Source: Alphaproteobacteria bacterium (GTDB lineage Bacteria > Pseudomonadota > Alphaproteobacteria > CAAHEQ01 > UBA3637). Taken from it: DNA of 64,000 bases. Below, piece after piece: positions 8,664 to 18,500 of this stretch. A program made the translations under genes and the position numbers. The stretch covers positions 43,253 to 107,252 of the forward strand of contig JAZUQR010000008.1 of assembly GCA_045605805.1 (NCBI GenBank), given 5' to 3'. The notes under the pieces were generated by a model. That model ran no database searches and was not told the origin of the DNA. It was given only the letters and a program-made list of their open reading frames with translations. The first letter of the stretch is position 1, and each line of letters begins with the position of its first letter.

Positions 8664-10613
8664 ATGGACTTTACGTTTTTGAAGGAAGATCAGATATGGG
8701 GCGATGGTGCCCTAGATGTAATGAAGCGTTATGGCACGAAGGTTGCGCCAACGGATCTGACAGTCATATTGGGTGGTTATATGACTGGTGGAGGTGATCG
8801 TACTTCTGAAGATGATCTAACTTGTGCCTCTTGGTCCGCGTCTTCAGATGGACATGGAGGCGTGCGTTGCGTCCGCTGTGAGGGCGATGAGCACTGGGGT
8901 GGCACGCATGGACGTGTGATCTCGGCGCGCCCCGCTTTGCCTCCATCGGAGGCATCTAAAATCAGCCCGAGCGAAGCGAGAGCTATCGCTGGAATCCGCG
9001 TAGCGGAATATGGGGAATACCCGCAAACGGTCGCCGATGAACGCACCAGCGAGAAATTAGAAAGATTACATGATTCAAGATCTCTCCGTCCGACCGGAAA
9101 AAATTACACATTTGATTCAGTTGGTTTAACCGATTATGACACGTCTTTTAAGGCCACATCCTATCAGGAATATGAAATGGATGGCAAAAGGTATATCCGC
9201 GTTCCTGGACGGCCTGCTGACGACGATAGCAAACTATCTACTGGGGAACAGGTAGAGTCCGGAAAACCCTACTGGGTTGAGGTCCAACCGATAGAATGGC
9301 TGATGGATAGAAGCGGCACAATGGTCGCCAAAAAATGCTTATTCGCCGGTATTCAATTTGATACAAAGAGCTCATATGACGGTGACTTCTCTAAAACGTC
9401 CATGAAACACTATTTGGACACTTATTTTGCCAAAGAAATGGAGCCAACCGGACGTGTGGCCGCAAGAACGGTATCAAGAGACTATGAAGAAGAGCCGGAA
9501 AGAAAAGAACCCGTTAAAAAGAAAGAACCGACAGCCAGACAGAAGAAATACGGGATCGAGGTATCTGATGAGCCTATGCCCGTCAAGGACCAAATAAACT
9601 TCTATATTCAAAACGGAATGAGCTTCATGCTCCATGGCCCGTCCGGTGTCGGTAAATCACAACGTGTGAAAGAAATTGATCCGGATTTGACCTCAATTAC
9701 GCTGTGTAACGGAATTTTGCCTGAAGATGTTATCGGTAAAACAATCTATCCAAACGGCGTGGGAGCCGATGGGGCCTCCGGTGGTGTTTGGGTGCCGCCT
9801 AAGTGGTACACGGATTTGTGCAGAAAATGCGAAACAGAACCGGACAAACAGCACGTCTTATTTATCGATGAAGTGACCAATGCGCGTGAAACAACACAAA
9901 GTTTGATCTATCACGTAGCGTTGGAAAAATCAATTGCCCAGGGCGTTGGCAAACTGCCTAATAATGCTGTGGTCGTATTGGCCGGTAACAGCAAGGAAGA
10001 ATCAGGAGCCGCTTATAACATGCCGGCCCCGTTGTTCAGACGTTTAAGCCATATTTACTTGGACTTGAATATTCAGGATTGGTTGGAATGGGGCTCGGAA
10101 CACAGCAAGAGCCATCCGGAAGATCCGGATCGCTTAAACATCCATCCATTAGTCGCCAGTTTTGTGGCAACCTACGGACGGCAAGTGTTCTATTCCGAGT
10201 ATGATGAAGAAAACCCCGGCAAGTTTGCACTTGACCCACGAAAATGGGAAAAAGTATCAGATAAAATCTACGCTAATAAGGGTATGATGCGCCGTGAGAT
10301 TTTGGAAGCTGATATCGGGCCTGAGTTGGCGGCCAGTTTGTTGTCTTATGCTAAAAATCCGCCGCTATCCCTGGAAGAAGTGATTGAGGGCGAATATACC
10401 CGCGAGGATATTCCTACGGGACAGGATGCCCGTTTGGCGTTGGCGTTGAGTTTGCGTCATGCAACACCGAAACAAGTCGGGAAAGTACGTCAATTTGTTG
10501 AAACACAGTTAGGCGCAGAAAATCGTGCGATTTTTGACTCTGTTTGGGTGGGCAAGGATGATACACGCGCCATGCAGATTGCCACTTTACATAACTTAAA
10601 GGGAGGAAGATAA
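8664..10613 (+). CDS. DGR target: N-terminal variable lectin-like (DUF6273-like) domain fused to a MoxR/AAA_5 ATPase
   Basis: VR at residues 54-92; YGEYPQT and PIEWL motifs; Walker A GPSGVGKS, Walker B VLFIDE, LAGN, PLFRRL. Confidence 0.9.
   Translation: MDFTFLKEDQIWGDGALDVMKRYGTKVAPTDLTVILGGYMTGGGDRTSEDDLTCASWSASSDGHGGVRCVRCEGDEHWGGTHGRVISARPALPPSEASKISPSEARAIAGIRVAEYGEYPQTVADERTSEKLERLHDSRSLRPTGKNYTFDSVGLTDYDTSFKATSYQEYEMDGKRYIRVPGRPADDDSKLSTGEQVESGKPYWVEVQPIEWLMDRSGTMVAKKCLFAGIQFDTKSSYDGDFSKTSMKHYLDTYFAKEMEPTGRVAARTVSRDYEEEPERKEPVKKKEPTARQKKYGIEVSDEPMPVKDQINFYIQNGMSFMLHGPSGVGKSQRVKEIDPDLTSITLCNGILPEDVIGKTIYPNGVGADGASGGVWVPPKWYTDLCRKCETEPDKQHVLFIDEVTNARETTQSLIYHVALEKSIAQGVGKLPNNAVVVLAGNSKEESGAAYNMPAPLFRRLSHIYLDLNIQDWLEWGSEHSKSHPEDPDRLNIHPLVASFVATYGRQVFYSEYDEENPGKFALDPRKWEKVSDKIYANKGMMRREILEADIGPELAASLLSYAKNPPLSLEEVIEGEYTREDIPTGQDARLALALSLRHATPKQVGKVRQFVETQLGAENRAIFDSVWVGKDDTRAMQIATLHNLKGGR
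8822..8940 (+). repeat. DGR variable repeat (VR)
   Basis: Copy of the TR with 17 A>G, 5 A>C and 1 A>T changes altering 16 codons. Confidence 0.97.
8938..8954 (+). promoter_or_regulatory. Hairpin/cruciform at the VR 3' end (DGR target-recognition element)
   Basis: TGCCTCC-ATC-GGAGGCA perfect 7-bp stem after GC-rich TCGGCGCGCCCCG; absent after the TR. Confidence 0.7.
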
Positions 10614-10614
10614 A

Positions 10615-11079
10615 ATGTCATTAAAAGAAATACTCGAAAAAAGTCGGAAAAAACGCAAGAATGGCTTAGTCATTGGGCCTGATATAGGATGGCTTGGTCC
10701 GAAACCCGCCCGAACAAAAGCCGAAAAGATTAATCAAATCAAAACGGAATTTATTGATGATAGAGCTTTGTTGATTGTCGGAGCTAAAGCATCCGATTTT
10801 GCAGAATATCCGAAGATAGAGGCTGATATCTCAGTTCAACGTTTGATTCAATATATGGATACGTTTGAAAAAACGGAAGATCATAAAGGTTTCTTGGTCA
10901 TTGATGGGTTAGACAATATACCTGAATCTGAACAGGAAAAGTTTGTCCCCTTGTTAAAAGATCGGCAGATTTTATCCAGTAAGCTGCCAAATGAAGTTCA
11001 AATTTTGGTTCCTGTGAAAAAAATTGAAGACATTTCAAAAAGGATAAAATCTCTGATATTTCCTCTGAAGGTGGTATAA
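10615..11079 (+). CDS. Degenerate stand-alone AAA-like protein
   Basis: WLGPKPARTK (broken P-loop), FLVIDGLD (Walker B-like) and KLPNEVQILV parallel motifs of the upstream ATPase. Confidence 0.6.
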   Translation: MSLKEILEKSRKKRKNGLVIGPDIGWLGPKPARTKAEKINQIKTEFIDDRALLIVGAKASDFAEYPKIEADISVQRLIQYMDTFEKTEDHKGFLVIDGLDNIPESEQEKFVPLLKDRQILSSKLPNEVQILVPVKKIEDISKRIKSLIFPLKVV

Positions 11080-12926
11080 TGATCAAAGATGTTTTAAAAC
11101 AACAAGAAGAAATTCAATATATCAAGGAACAGGTTTTAGCCAAGTTTCCCTTACTTGGTGTGACGATGATGCCTTTGTCGGTTGTTCCTGATGATAGAAT
11201 TGGGACAGCGGCCACGGATGGACATAAAATTATCTATTCTCCAAAGTTTTTTAACACCTTATCGGACGAACAAAAACAATTTGTCTTTGCGCATGAAGTG
11301 ATGCATGTCGCTTTTAACCATATTTTGCGCAGTAAGGGTCGTAATCAAAGATTGTGGAATATCGCAACCGATTCTGTTATCAACCAAATCTTGAAAAATG
11401 AAAAATTGCCATTAGCGGAAGGTGGCGTTGATATTGCAGAAGCTGTCAATCATTCGGCCGAGGAAATGTACGAAAAACTTTTGAAAAAGAAAGAACAGCG
11501 CGATCAGGAAAAACAGCAAAATCAAGAGCAAGATCAACAGCAACAACAATCACAATCCGGTGGGACGGACCAGCCTCAGGATCAGGATGCACAAAATCAG
11601 CCTGAACAGGAACAACCTCAGGATCAAGACGGACAAAATCAATCCGGACAAGACCAGCCTCAGGATCAAGACGGGCAAAAGGGACAAGAACAATCCGATC
11701 AACAATCAGACGGTTCAGAAAATCAAGATGAACAAAACAAAAATTCATCAGAAGGCTCGGAAGGATCCGAACAACAGAAAGATCAATCTCAAGATGGTGA
11801 TTCAAACTCTGAACAAAACAGTTCTTCCGGTCAGGGAGACGAAAATCAATCTGATTCAAATTCCGAACAATCAAGCGACAATCAACAAGGATCCTCTAAA
11901 CCTCAAAAAGGTGGTCAACGTTCGCAATCCGGTTCTTCCTCTCAATCAGAAGACACCGACTGGGATGACAGCAATATCGATTGGGACAATGAAGATGAAC
12001 AAGTAGGCCACGATACACATGATATTTGGAAAGAAGCAGTTGAGCAAGCAGAACGTGAAGAACAACGAAAACAGGAAGCATCCAAAAAGAAAAGTTTATG
12101 GGATAAACTAAAAGAGAACATGGGGCAAAAAGAAGTTAAAGAGGATCAGCAAGGCGAACCTCAAGAAAAAGAAGCTCCTGTACCGCAAGATGAAAACATG
12201 GATGCGTATGAAAAAGGCTTCTTGGCAGAAAATCAAGAAAAACGTCATGAGATGGCCGAACAGGTGCGCGAACAATTAAACAGGATAAAAGGAAGCCTCC
12301 GTCAATCAAATGATCATACCACAGTCGGGGATGTTGGGGAAACTCAAACGCCGGTGGTTGATTGGAAAAAAATGCTTAAAAAATCTTTTGATGAAGAGCG
12401 TGATCGTTGGTCCTATCGTCGTTCCGGTTCTGAAAACGACTATATGGCTCGGGTAGAAGAATTGGAAGATGAAGGCCGTCCGGATACTGAGGTTATGTTG
12501 GATGTCAGCGGTTCTGTAAATATCCGCTTGTTACGTGAATTTTTAAGACAACTTAAACCGTTACTTAAATCCTCTAAATTAAAGGTCGGTTGCTTTGATG
12601 AGTTTGTTTATGATTTTAAAGAAATAAAGACAAAAGAAGATATTGATCATTTTCAAATTACGGCAACATCTCAATGGACTGAAAACTGGGATGCGGCTGT
12701 CCGGGCATTTTCTAAGAAAAAAGAAGTGAATAAAATTATTTTTACAGACGGATATCCATGCCCAGGAACAATGCCTAAAGAAGATTTAAAGGGTAAGAAT
12801 GTTATTTGGATAGTTTATGGAAATAAAGATTTTAATCCATGCTGTGGTAAAGTCATCCAGGTTTCTGAACGACAACTTCAGTCGTATATTCAGACGGCCG
12901 CTCCACTTTCTAGAGGTGGAAGATAA
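11079..12926 (+). CDS. DUF2201-like protein: HEXXH metallopeptidase domain, Q/D/S-rich linker, vWA domain
   Basis: TAATDG, AHEVMHVAFNH, WNIATD.VIN; MIDAS DVSGS and FTDG; TAATG overlap with the upstream gene. Confidence 0.85.
   Translation: MIKDVLKQQEEIQYIKEQVLAKFPLLGVTMMPLSVVPDDRIGTAATDGHKIIYSPKFFNTLSDEQKQFVFAHEVMHVAFNHILRSKGRNQRLWNIATDSVINQILKNEKLPLAEGGVDIAEAVNHSAEEMYEKLLKKKEQRDQEKQQNQEQDQQQQQSQSGGTDQPQDQDAQNQPEQEQPQDQDGQNQSGQDQPQDQDGQKGQEQSDQQSDGSENQDEQNKNSSEGSEGSEQQKDQSQDGDSNSEQNSSSGQGDENQSDSNSEQSSDNQQGSSKPQKGGQRSQSGSSSQSEDTDWDDSNIDWDNEDEQVGHDTHDIWKEAVEQAEREEQRKQEASKKKSLWDKLKENMGQKEVKEDQQGEPQEKEAPVPQDENMDAYEKGFLAENQEKRHEMAEQVREQLNRIKGSLRQSNDHTTVGDVGETQTPVVDWKKMLKKSFDEERDRWSYRRSGSENDYMARVEELEDEGRPDTEVMLDVSGSVNIRLLREFLRQLKPLLKSSKLKVGCFDEFVYDFKEIKTKEDIDHFQITATSQWTENWDAAVRAFSKKKEVNKIIFTDGYPCPGTMPKEDLKGKNVIWIVYGNKDFNPCCGKVIQVSERQLQSYIQTAAPLSRGGR
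11568..11693 (+). repeat. Three imperfect 42-bp tandem repeats in the linker
   Basis: DQPQDQDAQNQPEQ / EQPQDQDGQNQSGQ / DQPQDQDGQKGQEQ. Confidence 0.75.
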
Positions 12927-12968
12927 GGTACAACGCCATTCTTAGGCGATGAATGGGAAAGTGTTAAA

Positions 12969-15551
12969 TTAATATAAATTAGCCTCAAAAATTTGATAAA
13001 GGTCAAATTCTATACCGTCAACGCCTCTGATGAGGTCTATTTCATCTTCGGCGGCGACATCAATTCGGGCCTGATCTAAAAACAAGCCTTCTTCTTTTCG
13101 TTTAAGCTCTTTTTCAGCGACATTCAGCTGTTTTTGAATTCTTAATTCCGTGAGCCGGTCTGAAGCGGAGGATATTGTCTCACGAATTTTTTTAACCTCT
13201 TGCCTTGCTTCTGAAATGTTTTGCTCTAGGACAGATTTTTGGCGGCTGGCTTTTATTTTAATTAAATCAACATCCGTATCAAACTTTTTGGTATAATCAT
13301 TTACATAACGTTCCTTAAGGTCGCGCTGGATGCGTGTATCTAACAAATCTCGCGATGAACCGCCAGTCGTTTTTAGCCAATACGGATTCCTCTTTTCTTC
13401 AGCTATAAATTCACTAACCGGTTGATTGATAATTTTTTGGCATTCCTCATCAGTCATGAGCCGTCCATCAGGTGTCGTACCAACCAAAATGTCATACTCT
13501 GATAAATACTGCCGGCGGCGATTACGTAAGACGATGTTATAGAACTTTATATTGCATTTTTCTGTTGGCTCAACGGTTTTAATGTCCGCTTTGTCAGAGC
13601 ATGATATTTCTTGTAAAATACCACGAACAAGCACGGATGTTAAAGTGATGCGCCCTGCGACCGGCTTAAAATCTTTACTCATTCCATAAGTCCTGCGACC
13701 GGTGTATGGCACATTTCTTGTGCCGGTGTAATAGTAAAACATGTGCGGCAATTCTTCATCGTCCGGTAAAGTCAGCGTTTGATTGAAGTCATCGATCACA
13801 TATTCCGGATGCTTTGTCGCAAAATAAAACTTCACAACTTCCCATAAATCTTTATTCAAGAACTCCGCTTGTTCCTCTATGTATTTCGGCGAAACGGACA
13901 CTTTCTCGGCAATATCTTTGGTAAAAGTGGTAAAGAGAGAACTTTCAGCCGCTGAAACAATGCGCTCATTCGGTTCGCGGTTTACTTCCAAGTTTGTTTC
14001 CATATCTGCGCGTATATCACTAAGCGTGCGGCGTTTTTGCAAAACATCTTCCAGTTTAACATCAAAATTACCGACAATATCGTCCGACATACCAAAAATG
14101 CCTTCAAATTGCAGGGTACGCTTGTTTATCAGCTCCAAAATACGGACATCCGAGATATTTTCTTTGCTTAAAAGATTGATAACTAAAACATCGGATTGCT
14201 GGCCTTGTCGGTGGCAACGACAGATACGCTGTTCCATTTCCACGGCGTTATAAAGTAAATCATAGTTAACCACAACTGGACAATATTCAATATCCAAGCC
14301 TTTGGCCATAGCATCACTACAAATTAAAATTTGCAAATCTTTTTCTGCCCGAAAACGTGGCAGAGCATCATTTTCTGTATGCTTGATGACATTATATCCG
14401 GCGGTTTTAAGCAAATTTGCCAAAACTGGCACGGTGGCAAGATTATCCACGAACACAATCGCTTTTTGTGTTTCTTTACGCAATTTTAAGTGTGCAAATG
14501 TCGTTTTAATAGCTTTTAGAAATTCTTCCATTTTGGCGGTTTGCGTAATTTTTGCCGCCATATCGCGCATTGATTCCAAAATAACACGTTCATCGCCTTG
14601 TGTTCGCTCAATAGGTGCTTCCAACATTGTGGCAAATGCTTGTGGTGATGAGGCCAAAATGTGGTAAAACATCAAAGTCAGTTGATAATTATCCATTTGC
14701 GGATAAGCCTGCTTTTCAGCTAAATTTAAGTATTTTTCGGTTAAATCATAAATTTTCTTTTCATCATCTTTTGGTACGTAGTTCAAAACAATCGGTAAGC
14801 GACGTGTAAAGTTTACATACTGGCTCGCTTGGCTTTTAAGGGTACGAAAAGCGAATTGTGATACCCAATTTGATAGTTCTGGATAGTTTTCGGGCTTTCT
14901 GAAATACCGGCGATAAAAACTGTCAGGATCCGGCAGAACGCTTTCATCAATAAAATGTATCAATCCGTAAATATCCATGATACTCATTGTGATCGGCGTT
15001 GGCGTTAAAAGCAGTTTGAAAGCATCGCCGACAGCACCCTTAATGGTTGCAACTGATTTATTGTCCGGCTTAAAAAGAAAATCAGCCTCATCAAACACGG
15101 CCAAATCCCAACGAATGCTTTTGACTTTTTCTGCCTCACGGATAACATCATCGTATGTGACAAGGCAAATACCTTTACTATCGGCAGTATATTCGGCCCA
15201 TTTGATAACCGGCAAGGTGAACTCTTCATCAAGTTTTTGTTGCCATTGTGCCATAAGGTTTTGGGGTAAAACAACCAATATATGTTCTTTTCCCTCGTAC
15301 CAACGTTGAACTACTACAAGCAAAGCCTCATAAGTTTTACCGAGTGAGCCTTCATCACATAAAATGCAACCTTTAATCAACCTAGATCGCAGGGCAAAAC
15401 GGGCCGCGGCTATTTGATAAGGTAATACTTTAATTTTTGAAGAAGCATAAACCGCCAGTAAATTATCGTCATCGCGAAAACTGGCCAATCGTCTGGCTTC
15501 CACCATAGCGGCAAATTCGGATACAAAACGATACGGCTTAGTCTCTTCCAT
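12969..15551 (-). CDS. SNF2-family helicase-like protein with degenerate motifs
   Basis: LPYQ, CDEGSLGKT, FDEAD, LLTPTP, VVNYDL and EQRICRCHRQGQ motifs. Confidence 0.8.
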   Translation of the reverse strand: MEETKPYRFVSEFAAMVEARRLASFRDDDNLLAVYASSKIKVLPYQIAAARFALRSRLIKGCILCDEGSLGKTYEALLVVVQRWYEGKEHILVVLPQNLMAQWQQKLDEEFTLPVIKWAEYTADSKGICLVTYDDVIREAEKVKSIRWDLAVFDEADFLFKPDNKSVATIKGAVGDAFKLLLTPTPITMSIMDIYGLIHFIDESVLPDPDSFYRRYFRKPENYPELSNWVSQFAFRTLKSQASQYVNFTRRLPIVLNYVPKDDEKKIYDLTEKYLNLAEKQAYPQMDNYQLTLMFYHILASSPQAFATMLEAPIERTQGDERVILESMRDMAAKITQTAKMEEFLKAIKTTFAHLKLRKETQKAIVFVDNLATVPVLANLLKTAGYNVIKHTENDALPRFRAEKDLQILICSDAMAKGLDIEYCPVVVNYDLLYNAVEMEQRICRCHRQGQQSDVLVINLLSKENISDVRILELINKRTLQFEGIFGMSDDIVGNFDVKLEDVLQKRRTLSDIRADMETNLEVNREPNERIVSAAESSLFTTFTKDIAEKVSVSPKYIEEQAEFLNKDLWEVVKFYFATKHPEYVIDDFNQTLTLPDDEELPHMFYYYTGTRNVPYTGRRTYGMSKDFKPVAGRITLTSVLVRGILQEISCSDKADIKTVEPTEKCNIKFYNIVLRNRRRQYLSEYDILVGTTPDGRLMTDEECQKIINQPVSEFIAEEKRNPYWLKTTGGSSRDLLDTRIQRDLKERYVNDYTKKFDTDVDLIKIKASRQKSVLEQNISEARQEVKKIRETISSASDRLTELRIQKQLNVAEKELKRKEEGLFLDQARIDVAAEDEIDLIRGVDGIEFDLYQIFEANLY

Positions 15552-15554
15552 AAT

Positions 15555-18500
15555 TTACACCGTTTTCTTAAATTCCTGCCAATTTCTGACCGGCTGTTCG
15601 GAGTAGATAACATTATCAAGAGCTTTGAAGTGCTGTGCGCCGCAATGAATCTTTTGTTGTTCTTCCGGTCGCAGGCCATAGAACGAATCAGTTCCTTTGG
15701 TTTCAAGCACGAAATAAAGTTTCTGTTCGCCATTTTTCTCTAAATATACGGCCCAGTCCGGATTATAGGTTCCAATAGGTGTATCAATCTTAAACCGGCT
15801 TGGAATTTTAAAGAACATTTTAACGTCAGGATCCTCATCCAAAGCCACGGCAAACGGCTTTTCAACCGTGCTACTGTCATAAATAACATAGTCATAAACG
15901 CTGTTTTTAACCGCGACAGCATTACGATCGAGGTTAGCAATCAATTCTTCACTCGAGAAAATCTCTTGCACGGCATATTCTTCGCCGGCCAATTTAATAT
16001 ACTTAATTCCATCAATGGCCAATGCATGGCGATTGCGCTGGATGATCTCCAAAACCTTTTCGTAAAAGTCTTGTGGGTTCTTCAAAAAGTCTCCGGCCCG
16101 GCTGCTTTCTTGAATGATTTTATTCACGGTCGAACGTTTCAGCAATGTTTTGGTAGAGATTAAACGCAAAATATCCGGCAGAACATCATAGCTCTTTTCC
16201 AGGTTTTGGGTAAACATCGCACCGGCTTGGGCGGTTACGCCTGACTTTTGAATATCAACCGAGGCTGTCTGACTGAGTAAACGGGCCGAAGCAATCTCCG
16301 GCATCTTACGAATATCCTTGATACTGTCGGCGATCAGTTTATCTAAATCAAACTGGACCCGATAAGTGGTCTTTTGCTTAATTTTATTCCACAACTCCAT
16401 AAATTCCGGTGATAATAGCGCACGTTTATTGAGTTTTACCGTTACATCCTTGGAAGCATCGCGGATGTTGAGCTTATTATCAGCCTTGTTCATGGACTGC
16501 AAAATTGCACGTTGCGCGGCTTTTGACCAACGCTCACTTAAATTGAGTGTACCGGCCGCAAGCTGTGCCTTCATGGTGTCTTTAATCTTGTTCTTGCTGT
16601 CAATAACCTTTTTATCTTTCAGCTCATCCATAATCGCGGCCGCTTCCTCATACGAGAAGGTCTTTTTCTCAACAACAGTTTCTTTATATGTTGTATTAGC
16701 AAGCGCGGCAACCGACACCGGCTTTGAAGTTTTGATCATATCTTGAACATGTGTTTTTACAGGTTCAGGCATGGGGATATTTTCGATTTTAATTTCTTCC
16801 GGCTTAACTTCCGGTTTAATGTAGCCACCATCATCAATTAAGCCATATTTTTGTAAATCTTCAACAATAGCGGTGGCCTCGCTTTCGCTGACTCTACGTT
16901 CAACTTCTACTTCTTCATCGTAAGAATAGCCGACAAGCATATCCAACTCGAAAACGCCAAATTTAACACCGGTTTCATCTTCAATTTCTTTCTGTAATTT
17001 ATCGGCAAACTCGGCAAAACTTTCGTTGGCGATAACGTGCAAAACATTGATGTTCTTATCCTCAATCCGTTCTCCGTCCTGATTAACGCAAAGTCTTAAG
17101 CCACGACCGATTTTTTGACGGCAGGTAAACAGCGATTTTTGCTCGATCAGCGTGCAAACTTGGAAGACATTCGGATTATCCCAACCTTCTTTTAAGGCAG
17201 AGTGCGAGAAAATAAAGCGGAGCGGACATTCAAACGACAACAGCCACTCTTTATCTTTCATGATGGTATTGTAGGTGTCGTCATCAGCCTGCGTATCGCC
17301 TTTGGTATCCTTATATTTACCTTTTTTATCTTGGGAGAAGTAACCGTTGTGTGCTTTGTTTACGTCTGTATCGAACTTGGTTTTTAGCTCAGCGTAACGT
17401 GGTTTATTGATCAGTTCGTTATAGCATTCTTCGAACATTTTGGCATAAATACCTTTGCCGCCATCCTCAGTGCGGTATTTTTTAACCTCATCAATAAAGA
17501 ACAGGGACAACACCTTAATTCCCATATCAAAATAGCGTAATTCCTTATCTAAATGGGTTTTAATGGTCTGATAAATTTGCGCACGTTTCAAAACTTTTTC
17601 ATCAACGCTACCGATGGCTTTACCCAGGGCAACATATTCCGAGTTTGCAAATTCCACACCCTCAAGGCCTGATGTACAATCAATCCCTGAAACAACATAG
17701 CCTTCATAAATTTTGCGATGGCCGGATTTGATAAACAGATCATCGTCCGGTTTAACCGTTATAACTTTACGCGTAATATGAGCGTTGTCGTCTTCCACAT
17801 CAATTTCCAGTTTGGCCGAAAAGCCGTTGGCGTTTGAAACGTTCTTTAAGGCGATATAGGGTTTGTTTGAATCATTGATAACTGAATTTGAAATAACGCA
17901 AATCTGTTTTACTAATCCCAGTTGATACGCATCAACTGGTGTTAAACGATAGACAAGATTCTGCTTTTCGCGGTGGGTAGCGGAATAACGCAACACGCAC
18001 AGCGGATTAAGCATCGCGATGGCTTCCTTTGCCTTTGGCGTATTATCAACACTTTGCGGTTCGTCAATAATCACAACCGGATTTGTGTCCTGAATATAGC
18101 GCATAGCGGTTTCGCCGTTCAGTTTATCTTGCTCTTGATTGATAATGTTTTCGGCCTTTTTGAAAGCATCGATGTTGATGATCATGATTTCAATGTTGCT
18201 GGAAGTTGCAAAGGCTCGCACATCAGAGAGCTTGGCCGAATTATAAATAAAGTAGCGGTACGGCACACCGTCATATTGATTTTTGAAATACTCTTCCGTA
18301 ACCTGAAACGACTTGTTTACACCTTCGCGAATTGCTACACTCGGTACAACAATGATGAACTTTGTAAAACCGTAGCGGTGGTTAAGCTCCAAAATTGTTT
18401 TTGTATAAACGAAAGTTTTGCCGGTTCCGGTTTCCATTTCAATTGAAAGCGGCACCGCCTTTATGCCGTCAATGTTGGTTTGCGGCAGAGAATGAGCCTT

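Larger units (their letters stand above)
6563..8954 (+). mobile_element. Diversity-generating retroelement (avd-TR-RT-VR)
   Basis: All four components present; TR/VR divergence only at adenines; hairpin after VR. Confidence 0.97.
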
